Below are positions 47,261 through 59,119 of a DNA stretch of 64,000 bases, piece by piece; the stretch's first letter is position 1, and each line of letters opens with the position of its first letter. Both the position numbers and the translations under genes were made by a program. The stretch lies in NCBI GenBank assembly GCA_010093605.1, contig MU004191.1:1472816-1536815 (forward strand). Reading direction: 5' to 3'. Source of the stretch: Lophium mytilinum (taxonomy: Eukaryota). The notes beneath the pieces are model-generated. The model was not told the origin of the DNA. It saw nothing but the letters and a program-made list of their open reading frames with translations, and ran no database searches.

Positions 47261-47970
47261 GGCATCTTCCTCACCATGACCACTTCTTCTCAGCGCAATG
47301 GCCCACCCCTGGGTATACAGCCGCGTCTGTCCACCGACCGGACAACCAACTCTACACATTGGCCTGAGGCCCCTCAACACAGTGTCACAAGTCAGTAAGT
47401 AGAATCAGTGAAGCGTTCTAGAAAGCCTCTAACTTCGCCAGGGCCCCTCGTACGCTGTCTGACGTCCCCCAGTGCCTTGTGAAAAATGCGAACGTGACCT
47501 TAGTGCGTCCGTTTATGTACACCTTCCTGTCGCGGTCTGAGGCGCCTCGATGCTTTCTTCGGAGGTGGAGCGAGATGTAACTCAATCTGTTGACAGGCTT
47601 GATACCTGGTGGTTCACCTAAGACGGCGTAAGTAAGGTGTACACACCTCGGTCGCTATGTGAACAGTTCCTTTCAATCACAGATGCTAGGAAACAATAGT
47701 TCCTATATAATAGGCATTGGATCGCGCCCCTATTAGCGCTGCTTGAAGTGCTCTAGTAGATTTAGAAGCCCTAGGGTGGAAGAAGGTTTCTCGCATTATG
47801 TATCAAAACTCATGTAAGCCACTAATCGAACAGCACATTAGCTCTGCATTGAGTCCTCTAATAGGCCCGGGAATTCTCTTGTATAATGCGAAGGTCCTTG
47901 TGCTGTAGTGGAGCACCTACATTCCTACCCTTCCACCTCCCTGGCCCTGGCTGATGTTAGATTTACGACG

Positions 47971-48002
47971 AGTAATGGGAGTAATGGGAGTAATGGGAGT
48001 AA
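47971..48002. repeat. Short tandem repeat (AGTAATGGG)x3
   Basis: Visible directly in the intergenic sequence. Confidence 0.8.
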
Positions 48003-48487
48003 ACAACGTACTAACGGCATTTGAGTAGCCCCATAGCCTCGAGCGCGGATTAGACATAATGTAAAGGATTTGAGTTTGTGAAGTAGAGTATAGGGTCTAC
48101 ATCGTGTCTGAGTTTTGAAAGTTGTTGGGGCCACCCCAGGTGGGTAGATGACTGTGCACAGATTGGGCAAAGTACCTACGGACACATGTTTGCACAAAGT
48201 CCACTTTCATTTGAATTGCACCACAGATAGGAATAGCCCAGCTAGTTGGCAGCTGCTCGGTCAAGTAGCAGCCCAATTATCACGGTACTGGATTGACATC
48301 GTGCCCTGATCGCATTGCATATAGCAAGGGTGACAAGACTCACTAGACCTAGAACATGCTTATTCCCCAGAATTCAGGCTTCTGTGCCTCTCTAGGCACC
48401 AACATAACATGACCACCAAAACCTCGCCGTTTTATTCCACCTCCACCTCCGTCACCGTAACTTCCTATGTGTCAAACTATCGTAACC

Positions 48488-49012
48488 ATGCCCCACCCCG
48501 TTCACGTCCTCATCTTCCCCGGCCCCGGCAACCGCGTTCCCGCGCACTGGGCCCTCTTCGTCCCCTCCACTCCCTCCTCCCGTACTGGCAAAGTGATCGA
48601 AGTAGTCGGCACCCCATACACCGGCTATGGGTTGCAGTTCAAGCGGAACTACTCCATCGACACCGAGACGCGCAGACATCAGCTTCTGCAGATTGGCGAG
48701 GTGGACGCCGAGCACGTAGAAGACATGGATGGAGCCGGGGAGACGGAGAAAGTAATGCTGGATATTGATGCGCGGGATGCGCTGGAGCGAGAGGCGAAAA
48801 AGGTCACGGCACCGGGGGTGGGGAAACAGCCGATTGTGATGTTTGAGGTGAGAGCTTGTTATTGGGCGAAGCGAAAGCGTTTTGCTGACTTTTTACCTGA
48901 GTAGTATGAAAATTGTCAGAGCTGGCTGAAGGAATACGTGGCGTGGTTGGTGAAGCGAAAGATGTTGGGCGAAGAGGCAATCGGGGTTCTGGCTGAAGCA
49001 CCAGATCGGTAG
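48488..49012 (+). CDS. Small fungal protein with HWAL...NCQ motifs (DUF6540-like)
   Basis: Intron 48848-48904 gives MPHPVHVLIF...AHWALFVP...GYGLQFKRNY...YENCQSWLKEYV...APDR*. Confidence 0.7.
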
Positions 49013-49334
49013 GCATTCATAAAGCTTGGTTTAAGGTGGTCTAACCACCTTACGAACTGTTCAAACCGATAGACGAACGAGTGTTCTGAGTAGCGGACAT
49101 AAAGATTGTCCTTGCAATGAAAAAAGCACGCTTTGAACTGTATCACTTCGACGCGACATTTAGAGGACGTTGAAAGATCTGCGCCTACCATTGTTAAAAA
49201 GCTACACCCCGTGTCATTTGCCTCTCCAGTACTATGCTTCGCTCCGCTTAGAGACCCTATTACCGTAAAACTCGCTCGAAAGGGTATAACACAACGCTAG
49301 AGTACCCTGAGACGCCACGTGGTGATAGCAATAT

Positions 49335-51108
49335 CTACTTCTTGGCCGCCGGGGGTTTAGTAAAGAAAGACGCGATGCTCCGACCCCCCTGTGGAGCTCC
49401 CTTCTTGCCTTTGGCTGTAGAAGCTTGGATCGCCGGTGCTTTCGGTTTCTTTGGTTGTGGTTCGTCTTCTGAGTATGACTCCCACTCCATGACTTCCTTG
49501 GTAACTGTGACAGGTTAGACGATCGCGGCTCAAGGCGGTATAAAAAGGACCTACCAAGATAGCCTTCGTCGTCCTTGACGGTCTTCCTCTTCTTGACCTG
49601 CCTCCTCCCTCGCTTGCGGCTACCAGCGACAGTCGGATGAGGTTCAGGCTCTGGCGTCGCAGGTGTTGGAGCTTCTTTCTTGTCTATAGGAGCATCATTG
49701 GACGATTCGTCGTCTAGTTCAGAAGCGTCGTCCATGATTACGTCCTCTTCTTCTTCTATGGTAGCACGGTCAGCAACATGCTGGAGTTGGTAGTATGACG
49801 ACTTACCATCCTTAACATCGTCAAAGATGTGATCGAGTTTCTCTTGTTTGGCTTTCTTTTCTGCGTCCCTCTTCTCCCTCTTCTCCTTTGCCTCCTGCGA
49901 CTCTGGAGCTTCGGAGACGAAATCTTCCTCGTACTCGTCCTCGGACGCAGACAACATCGGTTCTTCGCTGAATTAGTACCAGGGAAACACAATGAAGAAT
50001 GCTGTACACATACCATCTTCTACCAGAGCTGGCTTCTTGGAAGTTTCCACCTCTGATTTCTTGGCCTTGGTAGGTGGTTGCTTCGCAAAAGACGACCTGA
50101 AGAAGTCTGCAGCCTTCGGTTGCACTTTTGGTTCGGCCTTCTTCGCAGTAGTAGCTGGAGCTTTGGATTGGCTTGCAGGCTTGTCTGGTTTGCTCTCCTC
50201 CGAGTCATGGCGTCGGAGCGATTGTGTTGAGCCAGTCCTCTTTAGCAAGGGTTTGGCGGTGTTGATGGGTTTCGATGCTACCTTAGGTGCAGGAGCGGGT
50301 GCTGCTGGTGCGACTGGCTGTACCCGCTGAGTCCTCCTCTGTTCGTAGCGTTAGCATTGATTCTTAAGCGATAGCGATGCGGCAATGCTTGCCTTTATGT
50401 ACGGATTGTGGATTGTTCCGTAGATCTTCCAAGTCTCTAACGAATCTTCTTTTCCAAAGCGCTCCCTGATTTCATGACCACAGGTGGAAAGTAGGTTCAT
50501 ATTCTGCAATTTGAATTAGCTATTGTGGCCCTAGAGGTTAGCAATCAGTTTGCGTACCTCAAGAGGGCCCGGTTGTAAGCTATAGACGTGAATAGCAATT
50601 AACTCTTCTAGTGCTTCTAGCGTATCTATGCTTAATCAGAACACTGTCTGGCCCGGTATGGCGTGGGGGCCAACTCCAATAGCTATAGAAACATACCTTC
50701 TAGCTCCTCTTCCCTCACTATTATATGCGATTCGACGGGTCTAGTGTTTTCCACTACTTCTTCCTCTCTGTCCGGCATGGAGCTCGGGAAGGGGCTGCTC
50801 TGCATGAAGCTGTCTTCGCCATCTTGAGAGATTTTGCCGTTGGTGTGCTGGGATGATAGAGGACGCTTCTTGCCCGTTACCCAGAAGCTTGCGTTGACGG
50901 AGCCTGGACGTTTCGCGTTTTGTTTTGTGTAGAAGTCGAACAGCATTCTACGATCGGGTTAAATCGCGATTCAACGACTGAGTGGAGCTACTCACTGTTT
51001 CGCAACATTGACGTGGACTTTCAATTCGCGACTCAACAAACGGTAGGTCACGGGCTTGCCCTCATTGAGCACTCTGCCCGCCAGGTACGTTTTGTATTGG
51101 TCTGCCAT
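49335..51108 (-). CDS. POL32: DNA polymerase delta subunit 3 (Cdc27/Pol32)
   Basis: N-terminal VTYRLLSRELKVHVNVAKQMLFDF, then KRGRRQVKKRKTVKDDEGYL and a C-terminal SIASFF PIP-like box. Multiple introns. Confidence 0.9.
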
Positions 51109-51189
51109 CGTCGGAGCGTTCTGAGTTGTGCAGGTGGAGGTGGTGGTGTTCAGTGTTGGTTGAGGGTAGCGAGAAGAAATGGAAGGGTT

Positions 51190-51219
51190 TCGCGTCGTCA
51201 TGTGAAAGAAACGACGCGT
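51190..51219. promoter_or_regulatory. Paired MCB-like (ACGCG) cell-cycle elements in the POL32/TBCD divergent promoter
   Basis: TCGCGT at 51190-51195 and ACGCGT at 51214-51219, within inverted 8-mers CGCGTCGT/ACGACGCG. Confidence 0.55.
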
Positions 51220-51288
51220 CGAGCTATTCAAAGTTGGAAATTAATGCCAAGAAGTACTACTACTACCACCAACGTCCTCGCATCAACA

Positions 51289-54200
51289 ATGAACGCAACC
51301 GAAGACGACGATATTGTTCTTCAGAAGGCTGCATCGACGCTTTTGTTAGATCTGCAAGCCTTGATAAATCGAGTCTTGCGGAAAGAGAATGGCGCCGTTC
51401 ACCGCCGAGTCCGGGAGAGGGACCTGGATAGATTCATACCTTTGGTAAAAGACCAAAAGCAGCCAATGAATATAGACCTCACCTACTAAACAAATCCAGC
51501 TTGTTCCGTTTCAGGAAGATCCCCAGCTTCTAGATGCTCAACTCAAGCACCTCATTCCCCCACTAGTTGCTGCCTACCTGGACTACCTTCGCATCACTCC
51601 CAGGCCTGTTTTGAAAAAGAAGTTTGTTCCTCTTTCGCATGCTATCTGCAGAATTCTGAACCTTTTCTGCAACGTGCGCGGCGAAAAGGTCGTCATTGGA
51701 TTCCTGAATAATGAGCCTCGATATCTTGAGCCTGTTTTGGCTGAGTTTGAGAGTGGGCTGACAGTCTCGGGCGAGGAGCTCGATGCCATTTCTCAGAAGA
51801 TCATCCCATGGGAGGAGAGATACGTACTCCTGCTATGGCTATCGCATCTCATGCTAGCCCCTTTTCCTCTTGCTTCCATTTCCGCATCTCAATCGTCTGA
51901 AGAAACCTCGAAGGAGACCGGTATCAAACTGCCTTCTGAGCTCTCTGGGGTAGTGCTGCGTGTTCTTCCAATTTGCGTCACTCATCTCAAATCTGCGTCG
52001 AAAGAACGAGGTGCCGCCGGATCTTTACTTGTCAAGCTCGTCCTGCGGCCGGATATGCAAAGGATTGGAATGCTCGATGCTCTGATTCAATGGGCTTTAG
52101 CCTCGCTCGAGTCTTTCTCAGAGGGCACATATGATATCCACCAATACCTAGGGGTTCTCTCCTTCCTGAGTGGCATAGTGGCTTCGGCCACCAACCAAGA
52201 GATTGGTCCATACCTTCAAGCTATCTACACAAAATGCCAGCTTTTCATAAGCTCAGATGCTCTCGCTTTTGTCCGGTCCTCTGCTGTTGCAAGGAAACTC
52301 GTTATAAAAACGCTCCGCAATGTTACTGTCCATTGCTTACAATCCACCGCCTCCCTGGAAGGCATCGATACCTCGACCGTTCTGGAGGAGGTCATCGACT
52401 TCTTGCTGCAGTCTCTTGCTGACGGTGACACTCCAGTGAGGTACGCTGCAAGCAAAGCGCTGAGCGTGATTACCTTGAAGCTTGATGCTGAGATGGGGAG
52501 CGAGGTCATAGAGGCCATTCTCGGATCTCTCAACGAGAATGTTTACTGGGAAGGCTCGAAAAGGAGTCTCAGCGGGGTCAATCCCTTGAGATGGCACGGT
52601 CTGACACTGACATTAGCTCATCTACTTTACAGAAAGGCCCCTTCCACCGACCAACTCCCCGACATCCTTAACGCTCTACTCCTGGCTCTTGCTTTTGAAC
52701 AGCGGTCGGCGACTGGCGGGTCGATCGGAACCAATGTTCGAGATGCCGCCTGCTTCGGTATATGGGCTTTATCCAGAAGATACTTGACCAAAGACCTTCT
52801 TGCCGTTCAGACTACGTCTATACGTGCGTCTCACCAGAACTTCCACTCATGCTCCGTCCCTCAGGTGCTAGCTATCGAATTACTGGTTGCCGCGTGCCTG
52901 GACCCGGCAGGTAACATCCGAAGAGGCTCTTCAGCGGCTTTACAGGAGTTGATTGGGCGGCATCCTGATACTGTCCAAGAGGGGATAGCTCTCGTACAGA
53001 TTGTGGACTTTCACGCTGTAGGCCTCCGGGACCGAGCCATATGCGAGGTTGGTATCAACGCCGGGCAACTGTATCCCATTTACTGGGACGCAGTCTTTGA
53101 GAATCTGCTGGAGTGGAGAGGGGTCGGATCCCTGGATACATCGTCCCGATTGTCTGCGGCGCACGCCATTGGGCTCTTGAGTCGCTACCAGCCGTCCCCT
53201 AAAGTCAATGCAATGGTGAAGAGTTTATGGCAACAGTTAGACGGACTCGCATCGAGGCAGATTGAGGAGAGACATGGACTTGTTATGTCCTTAGCCTCTA
53301 CTATCAGCCAAAGCAACACACAATCAGCAGCGCAAAGGGCATCTGTCTCTGACTCCGAGGTCAATCCACCGCCTTCGAGATCCCTAGCCGACTTGGCCGA
53401 GTTGACTCGCGTTTGGACTATATTCGACAAAACTCTTAATCTAGAAGACAAGGCTTTTACCTCGCCGGCAATGCGACCAGAGCTCACGGCTTCCGCCACT
53501 TGCAACCTTCTTGGTGCGCTGGCTTCCATATCAGGGCAATTCATCGGCTCGAACGAGACCATACATCCCCCTAGCAAGGATTTGGTCCGCCTGCTCGACT
53601 TATGCCTTGGCCGTACTGAGGATAGCGTTCTCCAAGCTATCCCCCTTACCGTCATCCACGCCTTCCAAGTCCTCCACGCCAAAGCCTCCTCAACAGCCTC
53701 AACTGTCATCTCCTCATGGATAGAGTACCTCGAGCAAGAAGACTCCTACGCCAGCCGACGAGGCTCCGGCTTTGCAATCGCTCTCGGCGCCGCCTACTCC
53801 CGCCTCTCTGACCTCTCATCGGCCGACCTCAATTCCTACGAACAGCGTATCATCAACGTCCTAACCTTCAGGTGCACCGGCGCCGTCGACATACCCGCCC
53901 GCACCTCCGCGCTCCAAAGCCTCGGCACCCTACTCCAAGAAGCCTCTACCCGCCTCACGCGATCCTCGCACACCAACCCATCCTCCCTTCTACCGCCGAG
54001 CTCAAAATCCAAGATCACGAAAGCCCTCAACACCGCCCTAAACGACTACACCATCACCGAGCGCGGCGACGTCGGCGCCCTCGTCCGCATCGAAGCCATC
54101 GCCGCCACCGAGATCGCATGGCGCACCAGCCTCCTGAAAGGCAGCGATGGCGAGCACGAGCTCCATGCCGCCGTACTACGCCTGTCCGTCGAGCGCCTTG

Positions 54201-55059
54201 ATAAAATGCGCGTTCGCGCCGCGCACTGCCTCGAAGTCGGGAACCAAGAACACTTCGAGGCCGCGATTAGCGGTGCTACGGACGGCGTGTCCTCGTATGC
54301 CTACTTCGCTGAGACGCTCAAGGTTTTTAGCCTCCGCAACCCGGAGTGGCTGAAGCGAGCGGTGATGGAGGGATATGTGAGCTCGGCGGGGATGGGGTCG
54401 GAGAGTGTGGTGCAGAACTCGCGGATGGCGTTGGTGGATGCGATGGAGGGGCTTGCTGTGGACAAGATAGGCGGCGAGGAAGGGGGAGGGGATGAGCGAG
54501 GCTGCTCGCTACTTGATGTCATGGATATCTTGATGGAGTTGCTGAGGGGGACCCTGGCGAACGATCGGATTTTGATTCCATTGATGGAGGTTGTGGCGTT
54601 CTTGTTTGATGCGGGTGTTGTGCAGAGGTTGGAGGAGACGGGGTTCAAGTGAGTGTTCTCTTCCTACTTACGAGTGTTATGCCGGTTTGCTGACGTAGAT
54701 TACAGCTATCGGTCTCTCCTCTCTCTAACCCAAAAGGCCCACTACAAGTCCACAAATATCCACAAGCTGCATATCGCGCTGGATGTGTATAGAGGTCTAG
54801 CGGAAATTGACAGCACGAGGAAAGACGTACTCCTCAAGGTAGCGAGCATGCTGCTGCATCCATTTCCTAAGGTACGACTACCTCCATGTTGACCATAATT
54901 GAATATGCACGCTAATTGGAGTAGATTCGTAGTAGTGCAGCAGACACCCTGTGGATATTGACGAGCGATGAGGACCTTAAGCTTCATGATTGGGCTCAAC
55001 CGCCAAAGAATCTCAAGCCGGCTGTGGTTTCTTTGAAGAAGAAACTAGGTGGGACTTAG
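51289..55059 (+). CDS. TBCD: Tubulin-folding cofactor D
   Basis: FQEDPQLLD, VRGEKV, WEERYVLLLWLS, GTNVRDAAC, RRGSSAALQELIGR, DYTITERGDVG, LLHPFPKIR. Three introns. Confidence 0.93.
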
Positions 55060-55877
55060 TAGAATGATGCAAGGGTATACCAGGATGCATTTCTGAGGGA
55101 ATACTTATGACTTAGACTCTTCGTAACCCTGAAACTTGTGAATTCTTAACTCATACTGATTCTGAACGACAAGGACTTGATATTTCTTTGCTCTTCTACG
55201 ATAACTTTTAAATGGAGCCCAGATTGACGATATGCACCGCCCGGATGTGTAACCCGAAAGTAAGGGAGCTCGCGAAGCCTCCAATGGAGCTGAATCCCAC
55301 TTGGGTTCACCTAAACAGTGGTACCATTCATTTTACCCGTGAGCCACTCCATACGATCTCAACCCCGGCCGAAGGATTCAGCCGGCTGAAACGGCGAGCC
55401 AGAGACAGCAATTATACCTTTACTTTCAATTTAACACCTACCTTGAGATCAATTAGGAAACTCTGCGACCGTGCAAAGTTTTCTTTGCTTTTGCTCGCCG
55501 GTTCAATCTGTCTCCTCTTGTTTCCATACCCATCACAAGTTCGCGAACCAACCCAAAACCATAAGTATAGGACCAAGTGGATCTCTCATTAGCTCAAGCA
55601 TCTCCCCTTGACACTTCTGGCCCATGGGCCCGTCCGTCCGATACGCAGCAATATTCTACCGGCCGTCATCATCATCTCTCCGGCTCATAAATAACCAGAT
55701 AGTGTCCCCGCTCTCGTTACTCTATCACTCGAATTTAATCTCGACCACTAACGCAACCTCCCCGAATCACTAAATACAAGTCCCGCCATGGTCTCTTCCA
55801 CCTCTGCTCGCTTGAGCTCTCACAATCACATACGTTTCCCCCGTAACTTTTCCTCCTGACAAACATCGTTCGCCAAA

Positions 55878-56612
55878 ATGGTCAAACTCACCCCCCTCCT
55901 AGCCCTTTCAGCCTTCGCCTCCCACGCCCTCACCATCACTGTCAAAATAATTCCCCTTGGCGACTCCATCACCGGCTCTCCTGGCTGCTGGCGCGCCCTG
56001 CTCTGGCAACAGCTCCAGTCCGCCGGCGTCACCAACACCGACTTCGTCGGCACGCTCCCCGCACAGGGCTGTGGCTTCACCTACGACGGCGAGAACGAAG
56101 GCCATGGGGGCTACCTCGCCACAGGGATCGTGGCGAACAACCAGCTGCCCGGCTGGTTGAGTGCAACGCACCCGGACATCGTGATGATGCATCTGGGGAC
56201 TAATGATGTGTGGAACAACAAGAGCCCTGCGGAGATTACGGCGGCGTTTGGGACGTTGGTGGATCAGATGAGGGCGAGTAAGAGCGGGATGCGGATTTTG
56301 GTGAGTGATTGGATGTTTAGTGTTGGGTTTCATGGGAGCTGAGATTGGTTGCAGGTTGCGAAAATTATCCCCATGGCGCCGTCGAACTGTGCAGACTGTG
56401 GGACCCGCGTTGTGGATCTTAATACTGCGATTGGGACGTGGGCTGTGTCGAAGAGCACGGCGGCGTCTCCGATTACTGTTGTTGATTGCTGGACGGGGTT
56501 TTCAGCGATTTCGGATACGGTTGATGGTGTGCATCCGAACGATAGTGGGAACGCGAAGTTGGCGAATAGCTGGTTTCAGCCATTGGTTGATAATATCAAA
56601 GCGTTGGGGTAG
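55878..56612 (+). CDS. Secreted SGNH/GDSL esterase (CE3-like)
   Basis: Signal peptide, GDSIT, EGHGG, GTND and DGVHPN blocks. Intron 56301-56354. Confidence 0.9.
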
Positions 56613-57466
56613 GATCGAAGGATTATCCAAGAAACAAAAAGAATAGGGGTGAAAGCAGCACGGTCAAAGGTTCCTGAGTGTTAGTTATGAAAATCATAGC
56701 AATATGAGCATTCCATCTTGTTACTATCCTCAAAATTCGTAGGCAGCTAAATGCAGTGACCGTCTGTGGTTATCTGAGCGTGAAAGACGCGCCTCTGACC
56801 AACGTAGACTTAGGAAAAGACTCACAACCATATCCCACAGTAAAGGCGGGCTTCAGGCTTAGGCATAAGAACATACAACTACTCGAAAGCTACTTCTACT
56901 AGTCCGATATTACTATAAGAAGTATCTCCGCTAGCGGTAGTTAGCTTGTCAAACGGTACTCTCATTCCACGGTACTGTTCTTTACATTGTGTTTAGACTT
57001 TTGAAAGCCTACGAGGGTACCCCATGCATTGGTAAACGAATGCACCGATGGTTTTGACAAGACACCGTACTCAGACTCTTCCAATCCTAGCATGTACCGT
57101 ATATCCGGTCACTTGGACTCTCCACCTCTTCTAGCTGCCACACATCCTGTCACTACCGCTCCATTACCACTTCCACAGTTCCACCGCGTAGTGGGGAGTG
57201 AGTATGAAGGCGCAGAGCTACTAGTTGGAGCGGCATGAGCGTAGGTGATGACGGCAAGACCGGCGATGTGTCGTAGTGATATGTATATTGAAAAATATTG
57301 TACAGGACTATGTCGTTCGTGGCATCGTCATTGATATGGTTCGCCGTTGGACCAGCTCCCGCAACGAGTCGTCCAGGGAGGGTTTACGCAGAATAGCTGA
57401 GGTCCAAGAGCATGGAAATGCCTCCAGCCATGACGATTATAAGCCAAGATAATAGCAACCTCATCG

Positions 57467-57774
57467 TCATCGTTTCGCAGTGTCTGGTGCAGCCGGGCCC
57501 CCGCCGTCAGAAACAGTCTGAATCTTCCTGTATTCCTCCTCGAGAGCCTTCTGCATTTCGAAATCCAATAACCGCTCCTTCTTCACTCGCTGTTGTTCGT
57601 AGTCTCGGATGACACCAGCATGCATAGCCTATGATTATTAGGTAGGGGCATAATATCTGGCTTAAAGTGAATACTCACAGCTTTTTCGGTCTCCTGCGCA
57701 CGATGGACAAAGATTATAATGCCAATCGCAGCAAGAGAGGTAGTTGTTAATGTGAGTTTGGCAGCGCGGGACAT
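57467..57774 (-). CDS. PET117: Cytochrome c oxidase assembly factor
   Basis: Spliced MSRAAKLTL...IFVHRAQETEKAAMHAGVIRDYEQQRVKKERLLDFEMQKALEEEYRKIQTV. Confidence 0.88.
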
Positions 57775-57972
57775 GATGAAACTGTAGGAGCGAAATTCAA
57801 AAAATTGGAATAGATGGTCGTCGCAGAATCTGGTGCATGATCGCGGGAGATTTTGACAGGTTTGGAGCTTTGACCACGCGCTCGGTCTTGGCTCCTCAGT
57901 GCTTCTTCTCGACATCCCCACAGCTAGCGATAACAGTCCAACCCTGCTCAACAACCACAACCACTCGCAAAC

Positions 57973-58585
57973 ATGGTGAGGAGTCTCAGTGTGCCTAATA
58001 GTGGGAAGAACCGCCTAACCTCCAAATAGTCTGCCCAAAACTCTGCGGGAATCCAAACGCTGCTCGATGTAAGGTTACCTACTCAGCCACACAGCTAGAA
58101 GCTCACCACGCAATCAGGCCGAACGAGAGGCACAGAAGATTGTTCAGAAATGTACATGGTGAACAAGGAACCTAGTGCACAGCTCCGTAGACTAATATGT
58201 TGCAGCCAGAGAATGTATGCGATCATCCCCCGCACTGCTATCCACCCGCGAACCCTGACCATTTTGAGATCGGACAAAGCGAGTAAAGGACGCTCGGAGT
58301 GAGGCACAGAAAGAGATTGAGGAGTACAGAAGTCAAAAGGAGGCCGAGTTCAAGGCGTTTGAGAAGGAGGTGCGTGCAATCAAGCACTGAGAGAAATAGC
58401 TGTTATTGGGAAACTGACACATAGTACAGCACAGCAGCGGCAATCAGAAAGCTGAAGAGGACGCCAACAAGGAGGCCGAGGCCAAGGTGAAGGAGATTAA
58501 GGGGATTGGGAGCAAGACTGGCTCCAAGGTGGTGGATCAGCTACTTGCAGCCGTCACGGACGTCAATCCTAAGCCACTCCGATGA
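57973..58585 (+). CDS. VMA10: V-ATPase subunit G
   Basis: Six exons: M|SAQNSAGIQTLLD|AEREAQKIVQK|SREY|RTKRVKDARSEAQKEIEEYR...KPLR*. Confidence 0.93.
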
Positions 58586-59119
58586 GAGCATGTCGGACAT
58601 AATAAGGACTACGGAGGACAAAACCCCAGGAGTTAGGCAACGGTAGCCCTGGGTAGAGTAGTTTCTGGAAGACTTTTGTCACCTGCCACCCATCAAGGAC
58701 GGAGAATCCTTGTTGATAGTGCTGGCGTCCCTATTTTGAATGTACAAAGATTACAACTGAACCACGAAGTGTTCTATAAAGCTATTCATAGTTTCGCAAT
58801 GTTCGTAAGCTTTCAATTGATGATTCAACAGCTATGGGAAGTCCTTTGAAGCTACGCGGGTAGCCTGGCAATATGGAGCAACAATAGGAATCAGGATAGA
58901 CTAATCTTTGAGGTCTTTTGAATCTTAAAGTGAACTTGGTAAAACTAAATCTAGCCGTATTAGATTTCATTGACTATTACTATTACTATTACATGCCGTG
59001 GCGTCGGTTCTGAACTTTGCACCTGCAATTACGTCACCCAAACTTTTCGGACTCGCGACCTCAATTTCCACGCCAGCAACCCAACTTCCACACCATGCGT
59101 GATTCATACTCACTAAATT

